A stretch of 64,000 nucleotides of DNA, taken from IMG/VR virus record IMGVR_UViG_3300031867_000007, positions 1-64,000 of that record. The stretch is one strand, 5' to 3'. Source of the stretch: a virus (Duplodnaviria; Heunggongvirae; Uroviricota; Caudoviricetes). The position numbers were made by a program, and so were the translations under genes. Below are positions 44,501-57,049 of this stretch, in pieces (positions within the stretch are counted from its first letter, which is position 1; every line of letters starts with the position of its first letter). The notes beneath the pieces are model-generated. The model worked only from the letters and a program-made list of their open reading frames with translations, did not search any database and was not told the DNA's origin.

Positions 44501-46878
44501 TTTTCTCAACCAGTAAGATTATCATCAAAAATAGTAGAAACAATACCTGATAAAGAAGTAAATAAACTAACTAAAGCTGTTACTCCTCGAACTACATCAG
44601 AAATCGCTTTTTGTCTTTCAGCTTGAGCTTGCATTGTTTGTAGATTTTTTTCTCTTAAAGCTTGTTCATTTTGCAAATCTACTAATAAACCTGCTTCTTC
44701 ATCTGCTGCTCCTTTAGCAGCAATTTTTAAATTATTTACTTTATTATTTATTTCATCTCTAGTATTCTTTTGATTGTCTAAAATGAATTGTATTTCTTCT
44801 TCAGTAAGTTTTTCACCTTCTGCTACTTTTTCTGTTATCTCAGACAACTGAGCCATTTTTTCTTTACTCAATGTCATACCTTCTATGGCATCTATTAAGT
44901 CGATTTGAACTTGTAATTGTTGCTCATCTGTTTCAAAGGCATGCTCAGTTCCTTCTACATAGTCATCAATACCATTTTTAAGATTTTTATATCTTAGTGT
45001 TTCTTGAGTTTGTAATTCAGACTGCTTTGCTATTTCTTTTTCCAAAGCTTCTTGAGTATCTGCAGCAGTTTCTTTTACTTCTATTCCATATTGTTTTGCT
45101 ATATCTTTGTATTGTAAAATACCTTGAATACGTTGTTCTAATAGTCCAATTTCTGCAGTTTCATTCGTAAATTGTTTAGCTTGTTCTTCTGTTAAATATT
45201 TTTGTAATTCTAAAGTTTTTTCAGCATAAGGAATTTCTTTTTCTAGTGCCGCTGCATTTGTAACGCCTTCTCCAGCAACTCCTCCTTGAGCAATAATTTG
45301 TTTTTGGAGTTCCTCTCTACTTATATTAGCTCTCATTGCTTCTAAGTTTTCTATTTGTCTTTCAATAGAAGCGCCTATTTGTTTATTAAAAATATTTGCA
45401 ATTGTAGAACCAAAAAATGCAAAATCTTTTAGTCCTCCTCCAAGACCGGCTAACAAATCATTAAAAATACTTAATAATCCTGTTACAGCATCTGTCATAC
45501 CATTAACTGCTTTTTGATCAAATAATATATCATAAGTTCTTTCTGCTTCAGTACTTAATTGCTCTAAATGAGCTTTGGTACTCTCCATATATATATCTTG
45601 TTGTTTTTGTAATGTTCCTGCAGCATTAGCAGACATTTTTAAAGATTCTGTATACATATCTCAATTATCAAATAACGATAATAAATTATTATACTGTCTA
45701 GTACCAGCCATTGTTTGAGATAAAGCAATTTGTTGTTCTCTAGACATAGTTGTTCATTTTGCACCTATCTCTTCAATAACATCACCCATGTCACGAAGTT
45801 GATTATTTGCATCAAGAACATTTACTCCATATTGAGCCATTTTTTCAGTATAGTTTCCAAGAGTAGTTTCATCATCTAATCCAGATTTAATATCTGACAT
45901 ACGAGCATAAATTGTTTTTAATGCAACACCAACTGATTCTGGTGCCTGTCTAGTTACAGATACAATAGTAGCTAACTGCGCATTTAATTGATCAACATCT
46001 ACTCCCATTAAATTAGCGGCAGATGCAACTTTACTCATACCAGTAGATAGTTCTTCTAGATCTGCGGCTGTTCCTGCAGCTACCGCTGCTAATTTATCTA
46101 CATATAATTCTGCTTCATCAGCAGTAACCTTATAACCATTTCATACAGCAGTTAATTGTTCAGAAACTTCTCGTCCAGATTGACCAGTAACATTTGCTGC
46201 TTTCATAGTAACTTCAGCTCTAGCTTGAGCTTCTTCATCCCCTAAACCTTGTTGATAGTAAATTAAAGAAGCTTCAGTAAAATCTTTTGTTGAACGACCT
46301 AAATCTTTTGCAACTCTATTTGCTCTAGTTGCAAATTTATCCATTTCATCAGCTGATTTTTCTGTTACTATTCTAATATCATTTAAAGAAGTATCTAATT
46401 TAACTGTATAATCATAAGCTTTTTGAATATTGTTAGTCAAGTTATTAAAAACACTTGAAGAAATTCCATATCTAACAGTATTTTTAAAAGTAGTTGCCAT
46501 TTTATCTAATGTTGAGCTTGCTTGTTTTAACTGAACATTAGTATTTAAAACTTGCATAGCAAAATTATTATAAGCAGTTGCTCCAGAACTTCCACTTTTT
46601 ACTAATGCTTGTTGTAAATTTTGAACATTTCCATATGTATTTTTAATTCCTGTATTAACTTTACTTAAATCTAATTGATTAAGTTTATTATTTCAAGCAC
46701 TATTTAATATATCTTCTAATTGGTCCGCTGCTTTACTAGCTTCCTTTAAATCTTCCGTAAGATGTCCAGACATTTTTGCTTGTGCAGCTTCTAATCTTAT
46801 ATCTGTTAATTGACGTTTTATTTCATTTAAACTAGCTTTATCAATAGTATAACCAACTTTAATATTAACATTAGCCAT
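38503..46878 (-). CDS. Tail tape measure protein, 2,790 aa
   Basis: Thirteen track ORFs from 46693-46878 down to 38503-38766 are all in one frame, and every junction is TGA. The protein has extensive coiled-coil, a hydrophobic TM segment (LAVGMGAVTAG...LWLVLLAIAAAIAAVVAV) and a C-terminal SH3/peptidase-like region. GGAGG RBS. Confidence 0.75.
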
Positions 46879-46902
46879 AATTCCTTTTTCCTCCTTTTTT
46901 GT

Positions 46903-46950
46903 TTAACAAAAAAAATCCTTTATTTACTATCTTTGTAAATAAAGGATTTT
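46903..46950 (-). terminator. Hairpin plus T-run immediately upstream of the tape measure RBS (possible attenuator)
   Basis: The hairpin aatcctttatttac...gtaaataaaggatt is followed by TTTTTTTG on the minus strand. Confidence 0.45.
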
Positions 46951-46968
46951 ATATTAATTTATTTTGGC

Positions 46969-47499
46969 CTACTCTATTTCTCTTCCGCCATTTGCAGCTT
47001 TAGCAAAATTAATTACTTCTTGATATTTTTCAGGATTAAAATTATCCATAATATCTTTCATAGCTTCTGCTTGTTTAGGTAAATCATTTATAAAGCTTTG
47101 AATTAATGAAGATACTGAACGTTTGTAAGATATAATTTCTTCCTTAACTTCTGTCATCCAATAATATAATTCATTATATTCATCTTCACTAAATTGTTCA
47201 ATAAAAGCATCAATTAAACCATTACTTTTTAAACTATCATAAAGTTTATTTTCATCTTCTCTTTGTTTATCTGTGAAATTAATATTAGTATACATATAAA
47301 TTAAATGTAAATGGAAAAATTGATCAATTTTAATTGGATTATAATATCCATCTTCTAATGATTTTTGTAAAGTAATCATAATTAAATCATATTTATCTTC
47401 AATAGGTAAATAATCTAATACTTCTATTTCATTTCCTTCTCATTTCATTGTATGAGTAGAAGTTTTAGGTTTTAATTTCATATTTGCATAACTTATCAT
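46969..47499 (-). CDS. Putative tail assembly chaperone (acidic, helical)
   Basis: The frame extends upstream across the TGA at 47440 to the ATG at 47497-47499, which has an AAGGAGAG RBS. Its position immediately upstream of the tape measure supports the call. Confidence 0.4.
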
Positions 47500-47565
47500 A
47501 ATACTTTTTCTCTCCTTTTTCTCTCTTTTCTATATTATAAAACTTTTTTTAATTTTTGTCAAGTT

Positions 47566-49029
47566 TTATTCATGAACATATTGAATTTGTGTAACTAATT
47601 CATTTAAAGTTTTAAAAGTTTGTCTAGAGCGTACTCAAGCTACTAAACTTTTTGACTCTGGGGTTAAATCAGTATATCCCTCTGTTTTTAATAATTCATT
47701 TAATTTATCTCCTCGTCTAGTTACAAAATCATTGCTTGTTTTTATTTTATTAGCTCCAATAACACTTAAAACAGGTAATTGATTTTTTGAAGCTCCAGCT
47801 AATGATTCAAAAAACTCATCTAATTTAACTAAGCTATCTAAATATTGTAAAAATAATACATTCTCTCCTTGATTAGAACCTGTAATTGCATCTAACAAAG
47901 CCATTGCTGCATATTTTCTTCTTAAATATTGCATTTCTGCAGTACTTGTTAATCCATGATATAAATTATTATAAAAAATATATTTTTCAAAATTATCCGC
48001 TTGAATATATTTATCAAAAAATGTTTTTAATTTTGTTGTTTCAAAAGTTGTTGTAACTTTTCTTCCTTTATTGATAGCTTGGGCTTTAGCACTTATTCCA
48101 AATGATAAATTAATACTTCCATTTTCATTATCAACAGAAATTGTATAATCAGCTTTCTTTGTGCTTCCGCCTTCTATTTTTTCAGTACCAGTTCCTTCAA
48201 TATCAACAGTCATATCTTCATTTTCTAACGTCTGTAAAAATTCATTTAAAGATTTAATTGCAAAACTTGCGCCTAATCCTTCTCCTAGTCCACCTAATAT
48301 ATTTGAAAACAAATAATGCATTGGGTATATTAAAGAATCATAGCTAAAAGTTTTATTTTTATATTGCACCCTTTCTGGTTTTGAACCTGCTTTTAATGAA
48401 TTTTTTGCTGCTTCTAATTGACTAACCCTCTCTTTTAATGTTTGAAAAGAGGTTATTGCTGTTTTATTTATTGCTAATAAATTTAATTTATTCCCCATTG
48501 AAAATAAACTATTTATGTTTGCTAATGCTTTTGCATCTCCTTGATATTGATCTAAAATATATTTCATATAATCCTCATTTCCCTTTTCAAAAGTAGAAAT
48601 TACTTCATGAATATATTTTATATAATTATCCAATATTCCTATTTGCTGCTGTGCGGTTGCCGCTTGTTTTAAAGCATAACTCGTTGATGTACTCTCACCG
48701 ATTCCCTTTCTAATTAATTCTGTCACATCTATTGCAACTTTCTTTTCTATTTCATTTAATGCACTAGAATTTCCATTTAAATCATTAATAGTTCCAAGCG
48801 CTTCAACTAAAGATTTACCATCTTTATTAGTAATATTTTCAATTGCTCCCATACGTTTTCTAAGTATTGCAGCATCTTGTCCATATATACTAGAAATTAA
48901 ACCTCAATTCATGTCTATCTTGATGTTTTTATTTTTATAATCTAAATAACTTTGTTTATGGTAATGAATATATAATTCTTGTGCCAAATTAATTTCTTTT
49001 TGATTTACTTCTTGTACTGTTTTTGCCAT
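47566..49029 (-). CDS. Hypothetical tail-module protein (487 aa)
   Basis: The frame extends upstream across TGA (48904, 49036 region) to the ATG at 49027-49029, which has an AGGGAG RBS. It continues downstream through the TGA at 47635 to the TAA at 47566. Confidence 0.45.
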
Positions 49030-49039
49030 AATTCTTCAA

Positions 49040-49088
49040 CTCCCTAAACTAAAAAAAGAGAGGGATAATCCCTCTCTTAATTATTATT
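49040..49088 (-). terminator. Strong rho-independent terminator after the putative major tail protein gene
   Basis: The hairpin agagagggat...atccctctct is followed by TTTTTTT on the minus strand. Confidence 0.65.
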
Positions 49089-49090
49089 TC

Positions 49091-50020
49091 CTAGAAAGAA
49101 CCAGCTTCTCCGCTATCAACATTAGAATCATCTTCAGATTCTGGAATATCGAATCCTGCTGGGTGACCCATTACAGATCCTCTAGTTTCAGCACCAGCTT
49201 TTGCATCTTCAACAATTTGAATTACACATAATACTTTTTTAGTTCTATCGAACATTGTGTATCCTGGGAAAGCATCCATAGTAAATGAGAATGTACTTGG
49301 ATCTCCAGTAGCAGCCATATTAAATGTAAAGTTAGATTGAATTTTAACATTTGGTAATGTAATTTCAGCTGGCATATCAACACCGTCAGATTCTCTTCTG
49401 AATAATGTACTAGCTTCAACATAATAATTTCCAGCAAAATGATCTGCGTCAATTTGTAATTCAGATACATCTTTAGAATTTTTTACTACATAGAAATCAA
49501 CAAAAACTGTTTTTCCATGATATTTACTATCAGCACCTGTTAAAGTTTTTCCTGAAGTAGTTAATCCAGTAATTAAATCTCCTGTGATTGAACCATCTGA
49601 CTCAGTAACCATAACAAATACTGGAGCATGAGCATCAATCTCTTCTTCTGTTTCTAAAGCATCTGTTAAATCAATTACACCTGTATCACTTACATAAGCT
49701 TGAGATGTAACATGAACATGAACTTGTTTTTGTTCATCTTTAAATAAACCAGCACCAGATAAGATTGAGAAACCAATTGGAGATAATAATGCATCTTCAA
49801 CTGTGAAAGTTAATGTTTTTTCACCTTCCCAAGCAATTAATCTTGTATTTCCTCTACCACCTTGTGCATAAACAGTTGTTGCTGCACCTTCAATAGTAGA
49901 AGTTGTTGCTGTATCAATATATAATACTGGTTGACCTTTTTTGAAAGTAGATGTACCGATTGTAGTATCAGCTTTTGCTTTAAATACTACGTTAGCAATT
50001 TCTCTTACACCGAACTTCAT
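49091..50020 (-). CDS. Putative major tail protein (309 aa)
   Basis: GGAGG RBS. The gene shows relatively GC-rich, biased codon usage and is followed by the strongest terminator in the window. Confidence 0.45.
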   Translation of the reverse strand: MKFGVREIANVVFKAKADTTIGTSTFKKGQPVLYIDTATTSTIEGAATTVYAQGGRGNTRLIAWEGEKTLTFTVEDALLSPIGFSILSGAGLFKDEQKQVHVHVTSQAYVSDTGVIDLTDALETEEEIDAHAPVFVMVTESDGSITGDLITGLTTSGKTLTGADSKYHGKTVFVDFYVVKNSKDVSELQIDADHFAGNYYVEASTLFRRESDGVDMPAEITLPNVKIQSNFTFNMAATGDPSTFSFTMDAFPGYTMFDRTKKVLCVIQIVEDAKAGAETRGSVMGHPAGFDIPESEDDSNVDSGEAGSF

Positions 50021-50051
50021 ATCTTCATATCCTCCTTATTTTATTTATGTT

Positions 50052-50786
50052 CTATGACGAATGAATGTCTTTCATTCAGTCTTCAATTTCCTTTAAATCC
50101 TTTGCTCCAGCCATTTTAGCTTGAATATAATTGTCATAACTCATTTTTAATTTAAATCTCTCAAATTCATCAAATAATTGATAAACAGTTAAATTTAGCA
50201 ATGAATTCATATCTTTATATTCTCCAACAGCTAAAATAGAAACATAACGGCTTAATATGTCAATTTTTTTCTTTTCTTGTTTTAACTCTGCTAATTTTTG
50301 ATGTCTTTTTTTCAGTTTTTCAGCAATCTTTTTTGCAAGATCTCCACTAGGATTATAATCTCTAGTTTCTTCTCTACTAAAAGAAAACATTTGATTAAAA
50401 ATTAACTTGAAAGATTCAAAATTGTCATTATTAATTGAATGGCTTTCTTCATCTTTTTCTAATATAATACTATCGTTAGAAATTTCTATTGTATAATATG
50501 GAAAAATAAGGGCTAGAACCATTTCAACGCAATTCCTATTTTTTTGCATTACCGCATTACGCTCTTTTAGTATTGCTATTAATATATCAAAATTTGTTTT
50601 GTTCTCTAAATTCACTTTGTCCTCTTCTGGTAAAATGTTTTTAGAAAAATTAATTAATTCACATCCTGTAAAAAATATTTCCTCCCCAATATATGCAATT
50701 TCTTTAATAGTAGGCTGATGTATAGTAATTTGAGCTTCCATAAATGGAATATCATTACCAGATAATAATAATAAATCATTATCCAT
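50052..50786 (-). CDS. Hypothetical head-tail joining region protein
   Basis: The frame reads through the TGA at 50076. Its start overlaps the upstream stop as TAATG. Confidence 0.45.
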
Positions 50787-51376
50787 TATTTATTATCTTG
50801 CGGAGGTAATCGGTCATCATTACCATGAATTGCTCTATAAGATAAACTGTATCCAGCTAAATCTTCATTTAAAATTAATTCATTGCAACCTAAAAAATTT
50901 AATTCACCTATTCCGCTTAATTTTGCATTGTTCAATAAACCATCAATAAATCCAGCTATCTTTAATGGTCTCAATCTATAATCACCAATATCCCAATAGT
51001 CTAAATGACATATTATATCAAAAGTAATTGTACAATCTCTATAATATGGATTTTCTTTATTTGAAGTAAAGTTATCGCATGACATAATTATATAAGATTT
51101 AATCTCTTCATGTTCTGGCATTCTAATTTTAGGGTTTAATTTAATATATCCTTCTTTAATTAATTTAGGTAAAGTCATTTCTTCAAGTTTGTCTTTATAA
51201 ACTTGACTTGTTTCATTATCTAAACAATCTTTAGTTCCTAACACAAGTAATCTTTTTAATCCATCGCTATGTGGATAACTTTGTACAAACAAAGCTTTTA
51301 ATATTGTTTCTATATCTTTTTCAAAAGATAAGAATGATGATTTTAGCGGAATCGTACTTCTAGTATCTCTTTTCAT
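50786..51376 (-). CDS. Hypothetical head-tail region protein
   Basis: The ATG at 51374-51376 has an AAAGGAG RBS. Confidence 0.45.
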   Translation of the reverse strand: MKRDTRSTIPLKSSFLSFEKDIETILKALFVQSYPHSDGLKRLLVLGTKDCLDNETSQVYKDKLEEMTLPKLIKEGYIKLNPKIRMPEHEEIKSYIIMSCDNFTSNKENPYYRDCTITFDIICHLDYWDIGDYRLRPLKIAGFIDGLLNNAKLSGIGELNFLGCNELILNEDLAGYSLSYRAIHGNDDRLPPQDNK

Positions 51377-51394
51377 AATCCGCACTCCTTTTTT

Positions 51395-52366
51395 CTATAA
51401 TGATTGAATTGTAATATTTAATACAATATCTTCTTCATTTTGTCTTATATATCTTAACTCAAAATTACCACTTCTACCAGTTATAATTTCTATATACACT
51501 GTAGAATCATCTTGTTCCAAAATTTTTGCTTTTGAACTACCTATAACCCAGCTTCCGCCATCAGCATTTTTAATTGTATAAGTCTTTTTATCATATGGAT
51601 AAACCATAGAAGGTCCTTCTATTATAGGTTCATCTTTATTTACAACACTTACTACTTCAGCGGCAGCATCTTCTTTAACTTTTGCATCTGCAATACTATT
51701 TTGATACCATTCTTTTAAATATAATATAATAATACCATCAGAACTCATATTATCTATGGCTTGAACTTCTCAAGGTTTTCCATTAATTTTTAATACAGAA
51801 AATCTATGGAAAAAAGCTTCAGTATTTTCATCTTTTGTAATATACATTTGTAATGTATAATCAATATCATTTCAAAGTTTTTCTTCTTGATGACGCCAAT
51901 CTATTTCATTTACAGAAGTTCTAGCTACATAACATTTATAATCAGTGTCATTAATTGTAACAGTATATTTACATCTGCGGATTTCCGCCCTAAAATAAGC
52001 TGTTTCTTCTAATCTTCTCAAATATACTAATCAATCAGTATTATTTTCCACTCATGTAAATACGTCTCCAGGTTTCATACCAATTTCTTGTAATCCTTCT
52101 GAAGTTTTTTTATCATACTCTCTTTTATTTAAACATATATCCTTAAAAGGTATAGATATAAATTTATTATCAAAAGTATTTTTTATATGATCTGGATTAA
52201 TTAAACATTTAAACTCTCTTCCATCATTTAAACGAGCAGTTGCACTTTGATAAGAATATAAAAGTGCCTTTCTCAAACTTCTTAATTTATCATCATTCAT
52301 TCGATCAACTTGTTTATTTCCGCCATAATATTGAAGTCTTGTTGCTAAAGAATCTAATCCTGACAT
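51395..52366 (-). CDS. Hypothetical head-tail region protein (324 aa)
   Basis: Track ORFs 52052-52408 and 51395-51748 are in one frame. The gap was translated and is open across five TGA codons. Confidence 0.45.
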
Positions 52367-52452
52367 GATAAAACACCTTCTTTCAAAGAAGATAATAAAT
52401 TTAAACATTCAAAAATAGTTCTTCTATATGAAAAAAAATCTTCTTCTTTTGT

Positions 52453-52680
52453 TAAAGTATACAATCCTTCTAATTTACATAATAAAGGAAATAATATTTC
52501 ATGATAATTATTTAAAAGCTTATCCATTCCAGATATTTCCTCTATAATAGTATTTAAAGGTGTTTGTCAATCAATATTTTCTTCTCTATTAGGTAATAAT
52601 TTATATATTTGATTAATTAATTTTTTTAAATTTTCTGCAATAGCATTATTATTAATATTTGCACCAGTACTTAAAACCAT
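52453..52680 (-). CDS. Small hypothetical protein (76 aa)
   Basis: The ORF is visible only after reading through TGA and is not in the track. Confidence 0.35.
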
Positions 52681-53252
52681 CTACTATTCTCCTTTCTACT
52701 ATCAGGGGATTTTTGCATAATAGTATCAAAAGTAGAACGCATAATACCATCTTCATCTTTTAATCTTCTTTTATACAATCTTTGAAGATGAAAACCTTCT
52801 CTTTCATAATCTTTTTTAAGAGTAAGTAATTTAGACATATGATTAGCTTGTGAAGTAAACTTAAAATCGCTACCACTATATTTCATTCTTGTATTTTCTA
52901 CACTTGCTAATTGTTGTCCAAGTCACTCTACTATCATATACGTTGAAAGAATATTTATTTCTTCTAAAGTTAATACGCTATTAAAATAGCCTCCGCCATA
53001 TATTGTAGCAATAACTTCCTCATCATTACTTTCAACACCTTCATAAGTATCTACATCATCTATATAATTTTCCTCAAAATCTGTAATATCAAAACGCGGA
53101 AACTCAAATTTATGCATTGCCGCTTTTAATAATTCTTCTAACATCCTAAAAGTATCTAATTCAGTAAGTTCCATATACATATCATCTGTGATTTTGCTAA
53201 GAAAATTATCATAAATAATAGAAAAAGGTGTAGTAGTTATATTATTTTCCAT
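52671..53252 (-). CDS. Hypothetical head-tail connector candidate
   Basis: Track ORFs 52923-53252 and 52671-52886 are in one frame across the TGA at 52923. GGGAGGTG RBS. Confidence 0.45.
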
Positions 53253-53271
53253 ATTACACCTCCCAAAATTA

Positions 53272-53859
53272 TTATTTTACAATCTTATATTTATCAGGAT
53301 CAATAAAACTATTTACCGCAGTTCTTCTTCCTGCAGGTTTAGTATTTTCATTTTTAGTCTCACTAACTCTTCTTACCATAGTTTCATTTTTATTATTATC
53401 TTCTTTTGTTTCTTCATTAACCATGATAGCACTATCCACATTAAAACCAGTCATATCTAAAATAGCTTTTCTTTTAGCTACATCATTTAAAGGTAACTCT
53501 ACAGCAACTTTTTTAACTAAATCTATAGTTCCAACTGGTGCATAATCTAAACAATCTTTTAATGCATCTAATGAACCAATTGTTAATAAATTTTTTACAT
53601 CTTCTTCAGTATAAAAATATTCTGGTTCTACTCCATTTAATAACTCTTCAATGGCATCTTTATTATCAAGAACTAAATAATCTCTTAATATCATTTTTCC
53701 TCCTGGAATATAAGATAACTTTCTTAATTCTATCATAGGAATTTCTTTTGTTTCATTTGCAGTAAATGTACGTGTTAAATTATTTAAATCTGGGATTGTA
53801 TATCCAACATGTCCATTATCTCTATTTGTAACCTTAATCATAGTATTATTATCTATCAT
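53272..53859 (-). CDS. Hypothetical protein
   Basis: The internal ATG at 53857-53859 has an AAGGAGAT RBS. Confidence 0.45.
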   Translation of the reverse strand: MIDNNTMIKVTNRDNGHVGYTIPDLNNLTRTFTANETKEIPMIELRKLSYIPGGKMILRDYLVLDNKDAIEELLNGVEPEYFYTEEDVKNLLTIGSLDALKDCLDYAPVGTIDLVKKVAVELPLNDVAKRKAILDMTGFNVDSAIMVNEETKEDNNKNETMVRRVSETKNENTKPAGRRTAVNSFIDPDKYKIVK

Positions 53860-53987
53860 AACTTTTATCTCCTTTTTCTCCTTAATAAAAAAAAGGAAGG
53901 TTAATAAATCTCTTGTTTCCAAGAAACTTCTTTAACCTTCCTCAAATAATTTTGTTATTAGTTTTAAATATTATAAACTAAATTAAA

Positions 53988-55049
53988 TTAGAATGATCCG
54001 CCTTCAGCAACATCTTTTGTTAAAGAAGTGTTTCTGTAAACACAGATGTTGTTTGTAATTAACGCACCAACACCAAGTTTTCTATAAACTTGAATCTCTT
54101 TTGACCAATCATCATTTTTTCTATCGTCAACTAATGTTTGACCTTCAAAAGCAATTTTAACTGGTTTTTCATTTGATCCTGCTGGAATAATTCAAGCATA
54201 AGCTGGATCAATAACTTTCTCAGCATTAGTCTCATCAACTAATGATTGATTTAATACGATTACATTATGTCCTTTGTAGTTTGCTAAGTAACCATTATTC
54301 CATTTTTGGTCTTTCATTGCATCTGAAATCCATCCTTCTGATGGAACCATAGTTGCAGCAAATTCATAAGTACAATAAATAGTTGCTTTTCCATAGCTAT
54401 CTGCTACTGAAATTAATCTATCCATAGCTGTTTCATTAAATCCTGCACCAGCATATTTATTGTTTGTTCCTAAACTATCAACAGCACCAATTAATGCTTT
54501 TTCAATTTCTAGGTAGATAGCTTCATCTAATCCTTCCATAACAATATCAACTAATGTATTGAAATCTACTCTTCCATCTAAGAACTCTTCAATAGAAACT
54601 TGAGCAGCTCCACCAAAAGCTGTTGTTGGAACTTCATAACTTCTTCCATCTAGTTTAAACACTTCATAAACACCTGCTAAACCTACTTTAGTAATAAATT
54701 GTTTAGCTCTTCTTCTTGAAGCTGCGCTTACTTTTTGTCTGAATATAGCCTTATCACCTTGAGCAACAGTAGTTATTTCAGCAAACATACCATATTCTTC
54801 TAATACTCTTTGTGGAAGAATATCATCAATTGTTTCTTCTACTAAAGAGAAAATTATATGTTTATTTTGTTCATACTTGTGATAATTAATATTTCCTTTA
54901 TTATCACAAATCATATTTTTAAATTCATTTCTTAATGTTTCATTAATTTCTTTACCTGTAAAACTCTCTCCTCCTTCAAAAGAATAAGATGTAGAAGGTT
55001 TTGCAGTACTAGCAATTTTAGCTAATTTTAATAAATCTTTTAATTCCAT
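53988..55049 (-). CDS. Putative major capsid protein (353 aa)
   Basis: The gene follows the protease/scaffold gene. GGAGG RBS. The frame reads through the TGA at 54192 to the TAA at 53988. Confidence 0.5.
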
Positions 55050-55068
55050 AGTCTTTTTTCCTCCTAAA

Positions 55069-55596
55069 TTAATTTATTCTTTGAAGTTTAACACCTGGTT
55101 GACCATCTGGCATAGTGTATTCTTTTACTACTTTCCAGATCATTCCTGTGTTAACTGTATTATCTTTTACTAGATATCCTGTTGCAGTATCAACTTTTAA
55201 TTTATCTCCAACAGCTAAAGCGATTCCTGCATATTCTGCATCTTTAGATGAATTTGCAGCACCTACACAATTTGTTGTATAAATATCTCCAACATTTGTT
55301 TTAAATAATCTTGGATAAATTTCTCCACCAACATAATTTTTCTTAATCATAGCGAAGTCTTTATATGAATCTCTTTCATCATAAATTTTTACTTCGTTAA
55401 GAACTAACATATATTCTCCATCACCAGTTAAATTAACTTCGTTGTTAGCATAGTCATATTTCATAAATTGACCATTTTCAAGAATATTAATATTACTTTT
55501 TAATGGTAATTGAGCATATATTTGTCTATTTCCTTGAGCTGATAAATGATTAGGCTCTACTTGTCCAAAACCAACTCTTTTAATAGTTGTAGCCAT
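55069..55596 (-). CDS. Hypothetical head protein (decoration or scaffold candidate)
   Basis: Assigned by position only. Confidence 0.4.
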   Translation of the reverse strand: MATTIKRVGFGQVEPNHLSAQGNRQIYAQLPLKSNINILENGQFMKYDYANNEVNLTGDGEYMLVLNEVKIYDERDSYKDFAMIKKNYVGGEIYPRLFKTNVGDIYTTNCVGAANSSKDAEYAGIALAVGDKLKVDTATGYLVKDNTVNTGMIWKVVKEYTMPDGQPGVKLQRIN

Positions 55597-55619
55597 ATTT
55601 TGTATCCTCCTTATTAAAA

Positions 55620-56960
55620 TTATTCTTTACTATCTCTAGTATGTCTTAAAGCTTTTACTAAATCTGAAGTTGTAGCTGTTTCTATTGCTTTATTTAAATT
55701 GTATGTAACAGCAGTTTCTTTTTTTTCTACATTAACTTCATTTTTATTTAAATCGCTTTCATCAAAATTAACCTTTTTTCTAAAACAAATTACAGATAAT
55801 TTTGCTTCTATTTCATCTAAAGAATAGTTTGATTTATTTTCAATAACATCCTTTTTATCTTCATCAGATAACATATAGAAACTATTGATTAAAGCGTCTT
55901 TCTTTTCGTTATCTACAGCTTCCTTAAATGTTACTAATTCTTGATATTTCTTCTCCATATCTGCATATTGAACTTTTAATTCTTCCAATTCTTTTTCTAA
56001 TAAAGTATAATCTTTTTCTGTTTCTACTTCTACTTGAGTTTCTACATTTGTAGACTCTTCTAATTGTTCTTCATTAGATTGTTCAGCGTCAATGGAATCA
56101 ATAGTGCTTTCTGTTGAAATAGATTCTTCAGTAGTAACTTCTGTTTCTTCATTAACAACTGTTTCTTCAACAGTCTCAGGAGTTTCTACAGTTTCTTCTA
56201 CAGGAGCTACTTCTGTAATAACTTCAGTTTCAACATTTTTATTCTCTAGTTCCATTTTGTATCCTCCTTCTAATGTATGTTTTAATTCATCCATCATTGA
56301 AAACAATGTTTTTACAAAACCATTATCCATTTTTGTGAATGTTGTACTTACTTCTGGTGCGGTAATGCTTGAGCCTTCAAAGCAAGGTTCAACATCTTCA
56401 CCTAAAATGCAAAGCTTAGAAAAAATTGCATCATTTATAATGAAAAAATCCATACCTGTATTACTATTTGTTGACCAGCGTCCGTCTAAAGTTTCTTCAT
56501 CTAGTTCCATAGATTGAGGTCTTCCTTCATCTATAGCTAGTTTAGCTTCTTCATATTGACCTGTCCAAAGATACCCAGTTGTCATAAGATACTCTCTAGT
56601 AACCTTATTTCCAAAATCATCAGTATCTTCAAATTTTTGAAACCATACTTTGGCATCAGGAGCAACAAACCCATAAGGTTTAGTTAAGCACTCAAATTTA
56701 ACGCCTTCATCATCAAAGATAATCTTTTCACCGTGGTCTCTAAAATCTTCTTTTTCATCTTTATAATATCCAACAATAGGCGCTCCACGTAGAGTTTTTG
56801 CCATTTCTGTCGCAACTTCTTTAGTTATATAACTGTGGTTTCTATTTTCACCTAGATATAAAACTTTTATTTCACAGCTGCTCATTAGTGGGTTAATCTC
56901 TAAAGGTTGTAGATTAATAAACTCTGGAGAGTCTATGGTTGCAATTGATTGATGCATCAT
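55620..56960 (-). CDS. Putative prohead protease fused to an acidic coiled-coil scaffold-like C-terminus
   Basis: The gene sits between portal and capsid. The C-terminal half is a Glu/Thr/Val-rich repeat region. Confidence 0.45.
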   Translation of the reverse strand: MMHQSIATIDSPEFINLQPLEINPLMSSCEIKVLYLGENRNHSYITKEVATEMAKTLRGAPIVGYYKDEKEDFRDHGEKIIFDDEGVKFECLTKPYGFVAPDAKVWFQKFEDTDDFGNKVTREYLMTTGYLWTGQYEEAKLAIDEGRPQSMELDEETLDGRWSTNSNTGMDFFIINDAIFSKLCILGEDVEPCFEGSSITAPEVSTTFTKMDNGFVKTLFSMMDELKHTLEGGYKMELENKNVETEVITEVAPVEETVETPETVEETVVNEETEVTTEESISTESTIDSIDAEQSNEEQLEESTNVETQVEVETEKDYTLLEKELEELKVQYADMEKKYQELVTFKEAVDNEKKDALINSFYMLSDEDKKDVIENKSNYSLDEIEAKLSVICFRKKVNFDESDLNKNEVNVEKKETAVTYNLNKAIETATTSDLVKALRHTRDSKE

Positions 56961-57049
56961 AATTATCTATTCCTTTCTTATATTATTCTCCACTTAATTA
57001 TATATAAATAAAGTAGATAATATTTTTTCTTTTTTTGTCCTAAAAATTT

